The notes under the pieces are model-generated. The model did no database searches and was not told the DNA's origin. It saw only the letters and a list, made by a program, of their open reading frames with translations. The position numbers were made by a program, and so were the translations under genes. Of a stretch of DNA of 32,000 nt, positions 1-8,742 are shown one piece after another. How positions within the stretch are numbered: position 1 is the first letter of the stretch; the number at the start of each line of letters is the position of its first letter. The DNA comes from Nostocales cyanobacterium Centralia_MAG_434 (GTDB lineage Bacteria; Cyanobacteriota; Cyanobacteriia; Cyanobacteriales; Nostocaceae): contig JAJPJF010000396.1 in NCBI GenBank assembly GCA_021324415.1, forward strand, positions 2,730-34,729, read 5' to 3'.

Positions 1-224
1 CTGGATGAGCCACAATTAAGGTAAAACCCCTTCCTGTACCCTCCCCGCAACCCCACTTTCTTAAAGTTTCCTGTCGCGAGACTTTAAAAGGGCTTTTTGC
101 TGGAGGATTAGGAGAGGGTTTTTTATTGAGAATATGAGTAAAATGAAGAACTCTACATCCTATCTGACTGGTAATGTCTTTACCCATATCTTGATTTGGA
201 GTATCAGCTATCTGAATCCAAGAA

Positions 225-1310
225 CTACTCAAGCCGAGCAATTTCTTCTGCTAAGTGATCCTCTTCAAACAAAGCTGTTGGCATTTCCGAGTCTTGTGAA
301 TTCGTAGAATCAACGATAATTCCCTCTGTTGGCTCGGGAGATGAAATATAAATAGTCGGTGTCACGTCTTCGTTTCTTATCGCAATTTCATGATTCTTCG
401 ATTCCTGTTTTTCTGCAACTGAGCGATCTTGACATTGAGTGCTCTGATGTTCAAATGGCCTATCATTGTGTGCTGTATCTTTGGCTTTTTCCGCTACACC
501 TTGTACAGCTTGGTTAACACCTTGTGCTGTGTTTTGTACAGCGTCCAGTGTGCCTACTGCTGTTTGCTTAGTAGCATCAGTAACATTCTCTACTGCACCT
601 TTGGCTACATCTGTTGCACTTTGCACTGCTTGGTTAACACCTTGTGCTGTATTCTGTACTGCATCTAGTGTGCCTACTGCTGTTTGCTTAGCAACATTAG
701 CAGCACTCTCTACTGTACCTTTGGCTAGCTCCGTTGCACCGTGTACAACTTGATCAATACCCTGTGCTGTGTTTTGTACAGTATCTGATAATGGAGTTCC
801 GGCAAAAGCTTGTGTAGCACCTTCAGCAACACTTTTAGCTGCATCTCCTACACCTTTTGCTGTTTGACCAAGACCTGCACCGATAGTTTTGGATGCTTCG
901 CCAATACCTTTAAGGGCAACGTTAAAGCCTTCACCTAACCTTTTACCAGCCAAAGCGCCAGCTAGAGAGCCTATGGTAGCACCAATAAGTCCTCCTATAA
1001 GTGCTCTACTTAATGTAGGATTGATGCCTTGGCCTGCTGAAATAGTATCAGCTTGTTGAGGCGTGGAATGAACCCCAGTACCGCTATTTGTGGCAGCAGA
1101 ACCTGTATAAGATGGTGTTGGTTGTGTTTCATTAGCATATTCACTTCTAGATACCTCAGCAGCATTGTTTATACCTGGGGTACTAGATGGAATTGTTGTC
1201 GTAGGGTCAACATACTTGTTGCTAGTTGAACCAGTATAAGATGGATTTGTTGTTATGGCTCTGTCAGTATTTATACTCTGATTGTCTATAGCCTGCCTAC
1301 TCTCAACCAT
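225..1310 (-). CDS. repeat-rich glycine-zipper membrane or stress-like protein, family unknown
   Basis: 361-aa ORF. It has a central glycine-zipper hydrophobic segment (LIGGLIGATIGSLAGALAG). The C-terminal half is built of 40-aa amphipathic repeats (GTLDAVQNTAQGVNQAVQ...). Confidence 0.6.
   Translation of the reverse strand: MVESRQAIDNQSINTDRAITTNPSYTGSTSNKYVDPTTTIPSSTPGINNAAEVSRSEYANETQPTPSYTGSAATNSGTGVHSTPQQADTISAGQGINPTLSRALIGGLIGATIGSLAGALAGKRLGEGFNVALKGIGEASKTIGAGLGQTAKGVGDAAKSVAEGATQAFAGTPLSDTVQNTAQGIDQVVHGATELAKGTVESAANVAKQTAVGTLDAVQNTAQGVNQAVQSATDVAKGAVENVTDATKQTAVGTLDAVQNTAQGVNQAVQGVAEKAKDTAHNDRPFEHQSTQCQDRSVAEKQESKNHEIAIRNEDVTPTIYISSPEPTEGIIVDSTNSQDSEMPTALFEEDHLAEEIARLE
481..780 (-). 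repeat. in-frame 120-bp tandem repeat (~2.5 units) inside the 225..1310 CDS
   Basis: The sequence lines starting at 481, 601 and 721 align column by column with few mismatches (cttggttaacaccttgtgctgt...gtgcctactgctgtttgctta). Confidence 0.85.
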
Positions 1311-1784
1311 ATCACTGAGTTCCTTAATTCAAAAGAATTAACATGCGTCTGATGTTATTTGTCTGTTAGCGTCAATCTAACAATTAAACAATAAGAATTA
1401 CATGCTCAAAAGACAGACATAATCAATTACATATTCTGTCTATGGATGCAGTTTAAGATATAAGTTTTTATACTTGAAGATTTTTATAAATCCCACTTTT
1501 TTGAGGTTTAATTGAGACGAAAAACTGATGGTTGGTTAAATGTAAAAATAACTATTAACATATTGGTAAATATACTGAGATTCAATAATTATTGCCTCTA
1601 AAAAAATGGATAGGTTAAAATTTGTTAATAGTCTATTGAGGGACTGCCAGGAAAAATTCAGTCCTCAGAAAAAGGAAGTTAGCTGTTTCGTTGTCAGCCT
1701 CCCACTCTATTTTATACTTCGTATCAGTGACGACATAATAAGTTGCTCAATTAGTGAGAGACTCAAATTCGCCAGTTGTACAGG

Positions 1785-1993
1785 ATTTATCCAGAATTCT
1801 GATTCCTGACTTCTGGATTCTGTTTGATGAATTCTGCTCTCAGCTTTGGGTTGTCAACAAACCGTTGATGTATTGTATTTAATTGAGTGAGTGTTCGAGG
1901 TGTGATTGGGCGAACTCCTGTTGACCATTTATCTACAGCAGAGACTGTAACTCCTAGTAGTCGTGCTATATCTTTGTGGTACATGGGGTGCTT
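1785..1993. repeat. 209-bp direct repeat, copy 1 (partner 3877-4085)
   Basis: Aligned by eye to 3877-4085 with only about 7 mismatches. The two copies have the same orientation and lie 2092 bp apart. Confidence 0.9.
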
Positions 1994-2017
1994 AAATAAC
2001 GCCGGACAAAGCTTCAT
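1787..2017 (-). CDS. small HTH DNA-binding protein, copy A
   Basis: Track ORF 1787..2110 trimmed to an internal Met (MKLCPALFKHPMYHKDIARLLGVTVSAVDKWSTG...). The segment IARLLGVTVSAVDKW is HTH-like. Its 3' part is near-identical to the 3879..4121 gene. Confidence 0.6.
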   Translation of the reverse strand: MKLCPALFKHPMYHKDIARLLGVTVSAVDKWSTGVRPITPRTLTQLNTIHQRFVDNPKLRAEFIKQNPEVRNQNSG

Positions 2018-2317
2018 TGCCCTTCGATTCAATGTGTTGCAACAGACAGATAACTTAAAAAAGGTAAGTTCTGCGTTATTCTTACCTGAATGCTTAGGAG
2101 AATGACACAATCTTGCAGCCTCAGCAGTAGTCTACTACGACAACAAAGCGACAGAGTCTATTTAGAAAATCTTTAAATAATAAGAATTTTCAGCTAACCC
2201 CGATTTTTTGTAATTTTCATAATGTCTTGTTGGTGGGGACCACCACAAGTCTTATTATTCTGTATAGAACTAATCAAAGTGTCACATAGCCTACAATGAT
2301 TTATGTGCCAGTAACGT

Positions 2318-2439
2318 CAGCAATTCTCATTTTAAGGTTTCATGACATTGGAACCCTTACAGTCACAGGGTTTTACAATTGTTAATAAATCTGGGGAGTA
2401 CTGAAATGGCGCAAAATCGTTTCAAAATGAGAATTGCTG
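2318..2439. repeat. MITE-like element: 16-bp terminal inverted repeats around a ~90-bp core
   Basis: cagcaattctcatttt (2318-2333) is the exact reverse complement of aaaatgagaattgctg (2424-2439). Both arms are flanked by agtaacgt (2310-2317 and 2441-2448, offset by one base on the right). Confidence 0.35.
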
Positions 2440-2519
2440 CAGTAACGTAAGTCCAATTGAAAAGGAAAATCCCTAATTCCTAAATCGTCGCTCCTAACTT
2501 AAACAAAAGGTTTAAAAAA

Positions 2520-3497
2520 ATGCGTGCAATTCGATTTTCACAGGTAGGTTCTCTTTCTCAATTACACTTTGAAAATATCCCGACACCAGTTATCAAGACT
2601 AACGAAGTCCTAATAGAAATTCATGCCGCGGCGATTAATCCCAGCGATGTCAAAAATGTATTGGGTGCAATGCATCACACAACTCTACCCCGGATTCCCG
2701 GACGGGATTTTGCGGGTGTAATTGTTGAGGGTCCTAGCAATTTAATTGGAACAGAAGTTTGGGGAAGTGGTGGAGATTTGGGATTTACTCGTGATGGCAC
2801 ACATGCTGAGTATTTAATTTTACCTTTAGATGCTGTCAAAACCAAACCGAAGAATTTATCAATGAGCGAAGCTGCAGCAGTGGGAACTAGTTTTATTACT
2901 GCTTGGATGGGGCTAATAGATGCTGCTCAGTTGCGAGCAGGGGAAATTCTGCTGGTAATTGGTGCAACGGGTGCGGTAGGAAGTGCTGCAATTCAAATAG
3001 CTAAATGGAAAGAAGCTTTTGTAATTGCTACAGTTCGTCATGAATCTGATTATCAAATAGTGAAAAGTTTAGGTGTTGATGTTGTCATTGACTTGAAAAA
3101 GCAAACACTCCCAGATGCAGTTTTAACAGTAACAGATAATCAAGGTGTTGATGTGGCTTATGATACGGTGGGAGGGTCAATGTTTGAACCTTGTCTCAAG
3201 ACGTTAGCATTAAAAGGTCGTCAAATTGAAATTAGTTCGCCACTTGATAATCGTCAGGTTTGCTTCGATTTACTCGATTTTTATCGCCGAGAATTAAAAT
3301 TGCTAGGAGTCAATAGTTTATCTGCTGATGCTATCGCTTGTGGAAATATTCTTTCCCAACTAACTCCAGGTTTTGAATTAGCAAAGCTCCAGCCGCCTGT
3401 GATAGGTCAATCATACCCACTTCAAGATGCAGTTATTGCCTACGAACAGGTTTTAAATAGAAATGTTGCAGGTAAAGTCATTCTAAATTTGAAATAG
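2520..3497 (+). CDS. MDR-family zinc-type alcohol dehydrogenase-like / NADPH:quinone oxidoreductase
   Basis: 325-aa ORF. The N-terminal GroES-like fold reads EVLIEIHAAAINPSDV...PGRDFAGVIVE. The Rossmann motif is VIGATGAVGSAAIQIAK. An A-rich RBS region lies upstream. Confidence 0.85.
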   Translation: MRAIRFSQVGSLSQLHFENIPTPVIKTNEVLIEIHAAAINPSDVKNVLGAMHHTTLPRIPGRDFAGVIVEGPSNLIGTEVWGSGGDLGFTRDGTHAEYLILPLDAVKTKPKNLSMSEAAAVGTSFITAWMGLIDAAQLRAGEILLVIGATGAVGSAAIQIAKWKEAFVIATVRHESDYQIVKSLGVDVVIDLKKQTLPDAVLTVTDNQGVDVAYDTVGGSMFEPCLKTLALKGRQIEISSPLDNRQVCFDLLDFYRRELKLLGVNSLSADAIACGNILSQLTPGFELAKLQPPVIGQSYPLQDAVIAYEQVLNRNVAGKVILNLK

Positions 3498-3555
3498 TTA
3501 GACATGACGCTTTGAGAGTACTAAAGCCCTGAAGACGAAATTCAAGAGGAAATCA

Positions 3556-3732
3556 ATGAACTTTTTAAAAGACGCGGGGATAGCTTTACTTGGCGGTTGG
3601 ATTATTGGGGTTGCATTTGGTTTTTTGAAATTACCTGCACCAGTACCGCCATTGATGGGGTTGATTGGTGCTGCTGGGGTTTTAATGGGAGGTTTGTGCT
3701 ACGAATTGTTGAGCCAATTTATTTTTAAGTAA
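3556..3732 (+). CDS. XapX-domain (DUF1427-like) small membrane protein
   Basis: 58-aa ORF not in the track (below the size cutoff): MNFLKDAGIALLGGWIIGVAFGFLKLPAPVPPLMGLIGAAGVLMGGLCYELLSQFIFK. It has two hydrophobic helices joined by the LKLPAPVPP motif typical of the XapX domain. Confidence 0.55.
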   Translation: MNFLKDAGIALLGGWIIGVAFGFLKLPAPVPPLMGLIGAAGVLMGGLCYELLSQFIFK

Positions 3733-3876
3733 ACAAATTATTATAGTTCCCACTCCCTTATCGACCTGGAGGCAATTCCCCTCGAGGAACGTTTCGCAAT
3801 TCCTCTGTTTTTCCTTCCCACTCTATAGAGAGATGGGGTCTCCAAACGGGAGAAAAAGATGATTTAGGATTGTTAT

Positions 3877-4085
3877 ATTTATCCAGAATTCTGATTCCTG
3901 ACTTCTGGACTCTGTTTGATGAATTCTGCTCTCAGCTTTGGGTTGTCAACAAACCGTTGATGTATTGTATTTAATTGAGTGAGTGTTCGGGGTGTAATTG
4001 GACGAGCTCCTGTTGACCATTTATCTACAGCAGAGACTGTAACTCCTAATAGTCGTGCTATATCTTTGTGGTACATGGGGTGCTT
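3877..4085. repeat. 209-bp direct repeat, copy 2
   Basis: See copy 1 at 1785-1993. Confidence 0.9.
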
Positions 4086-4121
4086 GCTAATGAAGTCATG
4101 AAAAGAGGTAATTTCTGACAT
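3879..4121 (-). CDS. small HTH DNA-binding protein, copy B
   Basis: 80-aa ORF. Residues 14-80 are almost identical to copy A, and the N-terminus is different. Confidence 0.7.
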   Translation of the reverse strand: MSEITSFHDFISKHPMYHKDIARLLGVTVSAVDKWSTGARPITPRTLTQLNTIHQRFVDNPKLRAEFIKQSPEVRNQNSG

Positions 4122-4147
4122 AAAACGCTTCTGCTACAGGATGTATC

Positions 4148-4396
4148 ATGATGAGCAAGACTTGGCGATCGCACATTCAACAATTGCTGCGAAAAGAAGT
4201 TATGCAAGAATCGGTTTGTTATCAAGCTATCAAAGCTGAAGGTAAAGCCGAAGGTAGTGAGGAAAAAGCACGTCAAATCGCTGTTAATTTCCTCTCTAAA
4301 GGAATGACAATTGACGCGATCACCCGGATTACTGGTTTAGGGGTGGAACTGGTGCAACAGTTGCGGGTTCAACAAGCTGATAATCAACAGCGGTAA
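4148..4396 (+). pseudogene. C-terminal tail fragment of an Rpn/YhgA-like PD-(D/E)XK putative transposase
   Basis: 82-aa ORF. YQAIKAEGKAEGSEEKARQIAVNFLSKGMTIDAITRITGLGVELVQQL resembles the charged-repeat plus HTH tail found at the C-terminus of cyanobacterial Rpn-family proteins. No nuclease domain lies upstream. Confidence 0.45.
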
Positions 4397-4502
4397 TCTT
4401 TTTACCTAGAACTGGGGGATATTGAGCGTTTTATTTACTCAAATTGTTAAACAGATGGACGCTTTGCCACTGTCAATTTGTCCAACTGTTGGATATGTCT
4501 AG

Positions 4503-4529
4503 ATAATAAAAAACTCGCACTAGGCGAGT
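4503..4529 (-). terminator. intrinsic terminator-like hairpin (minus strand)
   Basis: actcgc (4513-4518) pairs with gcgagt (4524-4529) around a 5-nt loop. On the minus strand it is followed by a T-run (plus-strand aaaaaa at 4508-4513). Confidence 0.4.
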
Positions 4530-4751
4530 CCATTGCCATTGGTATCGAAGTTTTGCTTAAAACGTTTGTATTCTCACAAAATTGATGCAAGCGCATCAAG
4601 ATAGAGTTTTTGGAGCGTTGTGATAGTTTAGGGAGAATTAAGGTAAATTGCCAAAACCATTATCCTGCCTATATTGTTCGCTTTTTTAGAAATCCTAGAC
4701 ACGCTAGAAAAATTAATGGGGATGAGTTAAAGACTATTAACACATTCCTTA

Positions 4752-4988
4752 TCAATCCTTTTCAAGTGTAATATCTTGTGGAGTTAGATAGGAAAACTCT
4801 AAACCCATGATGTCTAATAGCTCTAGAAAGACATTGGGTTTCATTTCCATAATTTCTGCTGCTTTTTTTAAGCTAATCACTTGCGAAAATAATGCTCCAA
4901 GCACAAACAGAAAAGTTTCTTTCTGCTCAATCTCATTAAACAATTGAACTTCTGCAGCCACGCTTCTAAGTACTTCTCTATTAGTCAT
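4752..4988 (-). CDS. UPF0175-family antitoxin-like protein
   Basis: 78-aa ORF. ISLKKAAEIMEMKPNVFLELLDIMGLEFSYLTPQDITLE matches the characteristic UPF0175 C-terminal HTH-like pattern. Confidence 0.55.
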   Translation of the reverse strand: MTNREVLRSVAAEVQLFNEIEQKETFLFVLGALFSQVISLKKAAEIMEMKPNVFLELLDIMGLEFSYLTPQDITLEKD

Positions 4989-5011
4989 AAATATGTTAGA
5001 TAACTTTAAAT

Positions 5012-6166
5012 TTAACGGAGCGGCACAAACCCCGACTTTTCAACAATCTGTTGCCCTTCTTTTGATAGTAATAAGTTAGCGTATGCTACACCTGCAGCTT
5101 GTTCAGGTGTACCATCTCGGCGAATCACCACAAATAGACGTCTAGTAAGGGGATATGTACCATCTCGTAGGGCAGGAAAGTTGATTTGTTTGCCATCATC
5201 TGTAAAAGGTTTGACATAATTATTTGTCTGACCACGAGCTAGGGCAAGAGGACGGATCGAACTTTGACCAAGAATTGCACCTGTGGAGCCAATGCCAATT
5301 GCGCCAGGAATCGAGGCTACTTTGCGAACGCCGTCAGTATAATCGCGCATGAACTCCACCTTGGGACTGAGGTCTCCAAGTTCTGGACCAAGAAGGACAT
5401 TGAGTGCAGCACCAAATTTAGGGTTGAAAGCAAAAGCTGTAATTGGCAGGTTTGCTCCCCCTACCTGCTGCCAGTTGGTAATTTTGCCTTTATAAATATC
5501 TCGGATTTGCTCTATAGAAAGTCCGGGTATAGTCACATCTGGATGGGTAAACAGTAGAAAGCCATCAATAGCTATTGGTACCTGCTGTATGGAAAAACCA
5601 CGTTCGTTGGCTTTACGATAATGTTTATCTTCAAGGGGCTGTGAAGATTGGGCAAAGCTCAACTCACTGTCAAGGAGCATGTTGATTCCAGTGGCGTTGC
5701 CAGGGTTGTTATATCTAGGTTCTGTGTAACGCAAGTGAAAATTTGGGTGCGCTTGATTTATAGCCTCATTGATGCCATTTGCACTTAGAGCTGCAAAGAT
5801 GACTGAACCACCGTAATTGAATGTCCCGCTTGGTACGTTCGGAACATCCTTCATAGAATTGTAGAGTTGGATATCTGAAGAGACGGTGTTAAAAGGCACG
5901 TTACTACTGTCTGCAGTAAGTAGAGATTGGGTTTGCTGCCATAAAAAATAGGCAGATGCTCCACTGAGTAGCGACAATAAGATCAGATTAAGCCAACCTA
6001 AATTAGGTCTGAAAATCCAATCTTTACTGGGTTTAGCGTTAATCACAAGAGGCTGACGGCATTTTTGACAGTGTGTAGCTCCAAGAGGATTTTCATCGTA
6101 AGTACATCTGCTACAGACTATAGTTCCTTTGTTGTAGTCCTTATTACCAAATTCATTAGTATTCAT
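5012..6166 (-). CDS. PstS-like (PBP_like_2) substrate-binding protein with N-terminal zinc ribbon and TM anchor
   Basis: 384-aa ORF. It has a CxxC...CxxC zinc ribbon (CSRCTYDENPLGATHCQKCRQPL) and a TM helix (LNLILLSLLSGASAYFLW). The periplasmic-binding core includes the GKITNWQQVGG motif typical of PstS-family proteins. Confidence 0.75.
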   Translation of the reverse strand: MNTNEFGNKDYNKGTIVCSRCTYDENPLGATHCQKCRQPLVINAKPSKDWIFRPNLGWLNLILLSLLSGASAYFLWQQTQSLLTADSSNVPFNTVSSDIQLYNSMKDVPNVPSGTFNYGGSVIFAALSANGINEAINQAHPNFHLRYTEPRYNNPGNATGINMLLDSELSFAQSSQPLEDKHYRKANERGFSIQQVPIAIDGFLLFTHPDVTIPGLSIEQIRDIYKGKITNWQQVGGANLPITAFAFNPKFGAALNVLLGPELGDLSPKVEFMRDYTDGVRKVASIPGAIGIGSTGAILGQSSIRPLALARGQTNNYVKPFTDDGKQINFPALRDGTYPLTRRLFVVIRRDGTPEQAAGVAYANLLLSKEGQQIVEKSGFVPLR

Positions 6167-6612
6167 TGGTATTCATCAAATTGTTCGAAGGTGTATATTG
6201 TTTAATGACAATTTCGTGGAGACAAAATCCTCGATTTCACAATTAATGGTAGATAGTAATTGCACCCACAACAATTGATTGAAAACGTATCTATGTGAAA
6301 GTAGAAAGCAAAAGGGCTTTTGCATTTGTGGGAGTTCCACCCCACTTGAAGCAGAAGCACTTAACTAGAGTGTATGAACGAACTTGTCGCTCTTACCGAA
6401 AATCTATATGGTTTGAGCGATGTAACCGAATTCACACGGTTATATATAATACCTTGTTCGAAGACACTATAGAATATTTGCTAGAAAAAATAGGTTTAAT
6501 AGCTGTCTAACCTTAAAATCTTCTACAACCCTGACTTTATAGGCGATTTGGAGACTATGGTCGGTTTAAAGTAGCTCTTCCATTTATTGACGCCCTAAGT
6601 GTCTACCAGGTC

Positions 6613-7371
6613 CTAGCACCTAATCTCCTTCATCTTTCGGTTTGAACTTTTGGAAACTCGGTTGAAGATTTGTCCTGCTAATGCTGTAAATGCAGAATGA
6701 CCACGATGTCGAGGACGATCAAGGGTGATCTGTAAATTCATTGCTATTTGACCTTGTTCAATCAGTAAAACTCGATCTGCTAAAGTAACGGCTTCTTCTA
6801 CATCATGTGTAATTAACAATGCGGTAAATTGCTGTTGTTGCCAAATCTCTTCAATAAGATGCTGCATTTCAATTCGAGTCAATGCATCTAATGCACCTAA
6901 TGGCTCATCTAATAACAGTAGACGTGGTTCACTGACTAAAGCTCTCGCCAATGAAACCCTCTGACGTTGACCCCCCGATAGTACAGATGGCCAATCAAAA
7001 GCACGTTCAGATAGCCCAACTTGTTCTAATGCCCAATGTGCTTTCGGTCGCCAATTTTGTTTCAATCCTAATCCTACATTCTCTAAGACCCGCTTCCACA
7101 CTAACAGACGAGGATCTTGGAACATCACCCGTGTGTCTGGATTGAGCTTACGTAATGGCTTTCCATCGATCAAAATAGTGCCATTGTCAGGATATTCTAA
7201 TCCTGCAATTAGCCTTAATAAAGTACTTTTCCCAGAGCCACTACGTCCCACAATTGCGACAAATTCTCCTCTAGATATTTCTAAATCTAGATTCTGCAAG
7301 ACATGGATATTTCCAAAGCTTTTTCTCAGACCTATTATTTTCAGATCTACTCCCTTAGGTCCTAGTTTCAT
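6613..7371 (-). CDS. ssuB: aliphatic sulfonate ABC transporter ATP-binding protein
   Basis: 252-aa ORF with Walker [10 protein letters not shown], signature [15 protein letters not shown] and Walker B LLLLDEP. A GGAGG RBS sits 4 nt upstream. It is the last gene of the ssu cluster. Confidence 0.8.
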   Translation of the reverse strand: MKLGPKGVDLKIIGLRKSFGNIHVLQNLDLEISRGEFVAIVGRSGSGKSTLLRLIAGLEYPDNGTILIDGKPLRKLNPDTRVMFQDPRLLVWKRVLENVGLGLKQNWRPKAHWALEQVGLSERAFDWPSVLSGGQRQRVSLARALVSEPRLLLLDEPLGALDALTRIEMQHLIEEIWQQQQFTALLITHDVEEAVTLADRVLLIEQGQIAMNLQITLDRPRHRGHSAFTALAGQIFNRVSKSSNRKMKEIRC

Positions 7372-7455
7372 AAAACCTCCGATACGTTTGGAAACCCATA
7401 GCCTTCAGGTATGGGAGGAAAAACGAACGGGTACTTTAGTGCCCGTCTAGATATC

Positions 7456-8739
7456 TCAAAACACATAACTGTAACCGTCCTTTTTATAAATAGTGGTGCA
7501 GTATTTGTAAGATATGCCTTGCACCAATCCGTCTTTAGTTGAGATATTGAAACTGCCAGTGGCGCGGGTTGCAATTCGACCGACGTAAACACCAATTTTC
7601 TTTCCCTTGCCAACAGTGGCTTTGACAATATCACCAGTTTGAAAACCAAAGTGGAATTTTGTCCTAGCACAGTGACGATTAGGAAAGCCGTACTTATCGG
7701 TGCGGCATGATTGACGTGTTCCGTGTCCAGTTGCCTTAATGGGCAGTGGTTTGACGTGTTTGACAACAAGTGTAGGCGTGGATTTACCAACGCAAGCTGC
7801 ATCAATCCAATGCGTCTTGTCTAGACTTTGTTGGGTACGATTGAACTTGGTCAATCCGCCACTTCCCACCTCTACTTGTAACCCCGTTGCTTTCAGTATT
7901 TCCAGCAACTTGAACCGAGTAGCGTTAACTGCTGCTGTATCTGCCATTGGTTTTTTGGCTTGAGCCAATATCTTTTTGAGCAACTCAGGTTTACTTTTCA
8001 AAAATTGTTCAATAGGTTTATTCCCCTTTTTCAAATTGCACTTTTCACACGCTAAGCACAAATTGCTGATCCGGTTAGAACCACCAAGTGAACGTGGGTG
8101 TATATGCTCTATTTGCAGTGGCACATCTTTGATATTGCAATAGGCGCATTGACGGTTCCACTTTTCGAGTAAGTACTCTCGTGTTTCGTAACCAGCGAGC
8201 GTGCCTTGCTGATATTCGTTGCCACTGAACTGTGGGTTCTGCATTAATTGCGTGTCGAACTTCACCAACTCTTGGGAAATAGCGGCAATTGGTGCTAATT
8301 TGCACAATCGCTTAACCCAAGTCTCGATGTTATGGACACGACTCATTAGGCTTGGTGGCAACCATCCATTAGCCTTTGTGCGGTTGTCGAACCGTGCTGC
8401 ACGGTAACGAGTTTTGCGGTTGCGCCGACTACGACGCAATTGACGACGGGATGTCAATGATTCCCGAATAGCAAAACCTCGGTGTTGCAACTCGGCTGCC
8501 CATACTACTTCACCCGTTGCATCGTTGACCAATGCCAACCCCGTGGTTTTTGCACCTGGGTCAATCTTGACTCTTAACGGGTTAACAGGTGCGCTAGGTC
8601 GTGACTCTTTTAAAATCACTGTGAATGGAAACCGTCGGAATATCGCAGCTTTACCATTTCTCAGTAGTTGCCTTGCTTGTGCGGGATGGATTGGATCTAA
8701 CGGTCGTTTGTCTGTATCAATTACAAGTACTTTGGACAT
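7456..8739 (-). CDS. iscB: IscB RNA-guided nuclease (OMEGA system; RuvC with inserted HNH)
   Basis: 427-aa ORF. Motifs in order: PLMP-type N-terminus (RPLDPIHPAQARQLL), RuvC-I (KIDPGAKTTGLALV), Arg-rich bridge helix (RRQLRRSRRNRKTRYRAARF), RuvC-II (ISQELVKFD), HNH (CAYC..IEHIHPRSLGGSNRISNLCLACEKCNLKKGN), RuvC-III (THWIDAACVG) and a beta-rich C-terminal tail. A GAGGGG RBS lies upstream. Confidence 0.9.
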   Translation of the reverse strand: MSKVLVIDTDKRPLDPIHPAQARQLLRNGKAAIFRRFPFTVILKESRPSAPVNPLRVKIDPGAKTTGLALVNDATGEVVWAAELQHRGFAIRESLTSRRQLRRSRRNRKTRYRAARFDNRTKANGWLPPSLMSRVHNIETWVKRLCKLAPIAAISQELVKFDTQLMQNPQFSGNEYQQGTLAGYETREYLLEKWNRQCAYCNIKDVPLQIEHIHPRSLGGSNRISNLCLACEKCNLKKGNKPIEQFLKSKPELLKKILAQAKKPMADTAAVNATRFKLLEILKATGLQVEVGSGGLTKFNRTQQSLDKTHWIDAACVGKSTPTLVVKHVKPLPIKATGHGTRQSCRTDKYGFPNRHCARTKFHFGFQTGDIVKATVGKGKKIGVYVGRIATRATGSFNISTKDGLVQGISYKYCTTIYKKDGYSYVF

Positions 8740-8742
8740 TTC

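Noticed and set aside
429-753. Two plus-strand ORFs (79 and 95 aa), Cys-rich, inside the 225..1310 gene.
   Set aside because: They are antisense shadows of the 120-bp repeat, with low-complexity C/L/T composition and no RBS. The minus-strand frame has the coherent domain structure.
1606-2105. Plus-strand ORFs 1606..1809 and 1887..2105.
   Set aside because: The first is AT-rich intergenic read-through with no RBS. The second is antisense to the conserved, duplicated HTH gene.
4058-4276. 72-aa minus-strand ORF overlapping both the HTH copy B start and the Rpn-like fragment.
   Set aside because: It overlaps two better-supported frames and has hydrophobic, low-complexity composition.
6295-6510. 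71-aa plus-strand ORF between the pstS-like gene and ssuB.
   Set aside because: It has a GTG start without an RBS and basic, odd composition with no recognisable motif. I could not find an alternative feature such as an RNA structure either, so the 445-bp gap is left unassigned.
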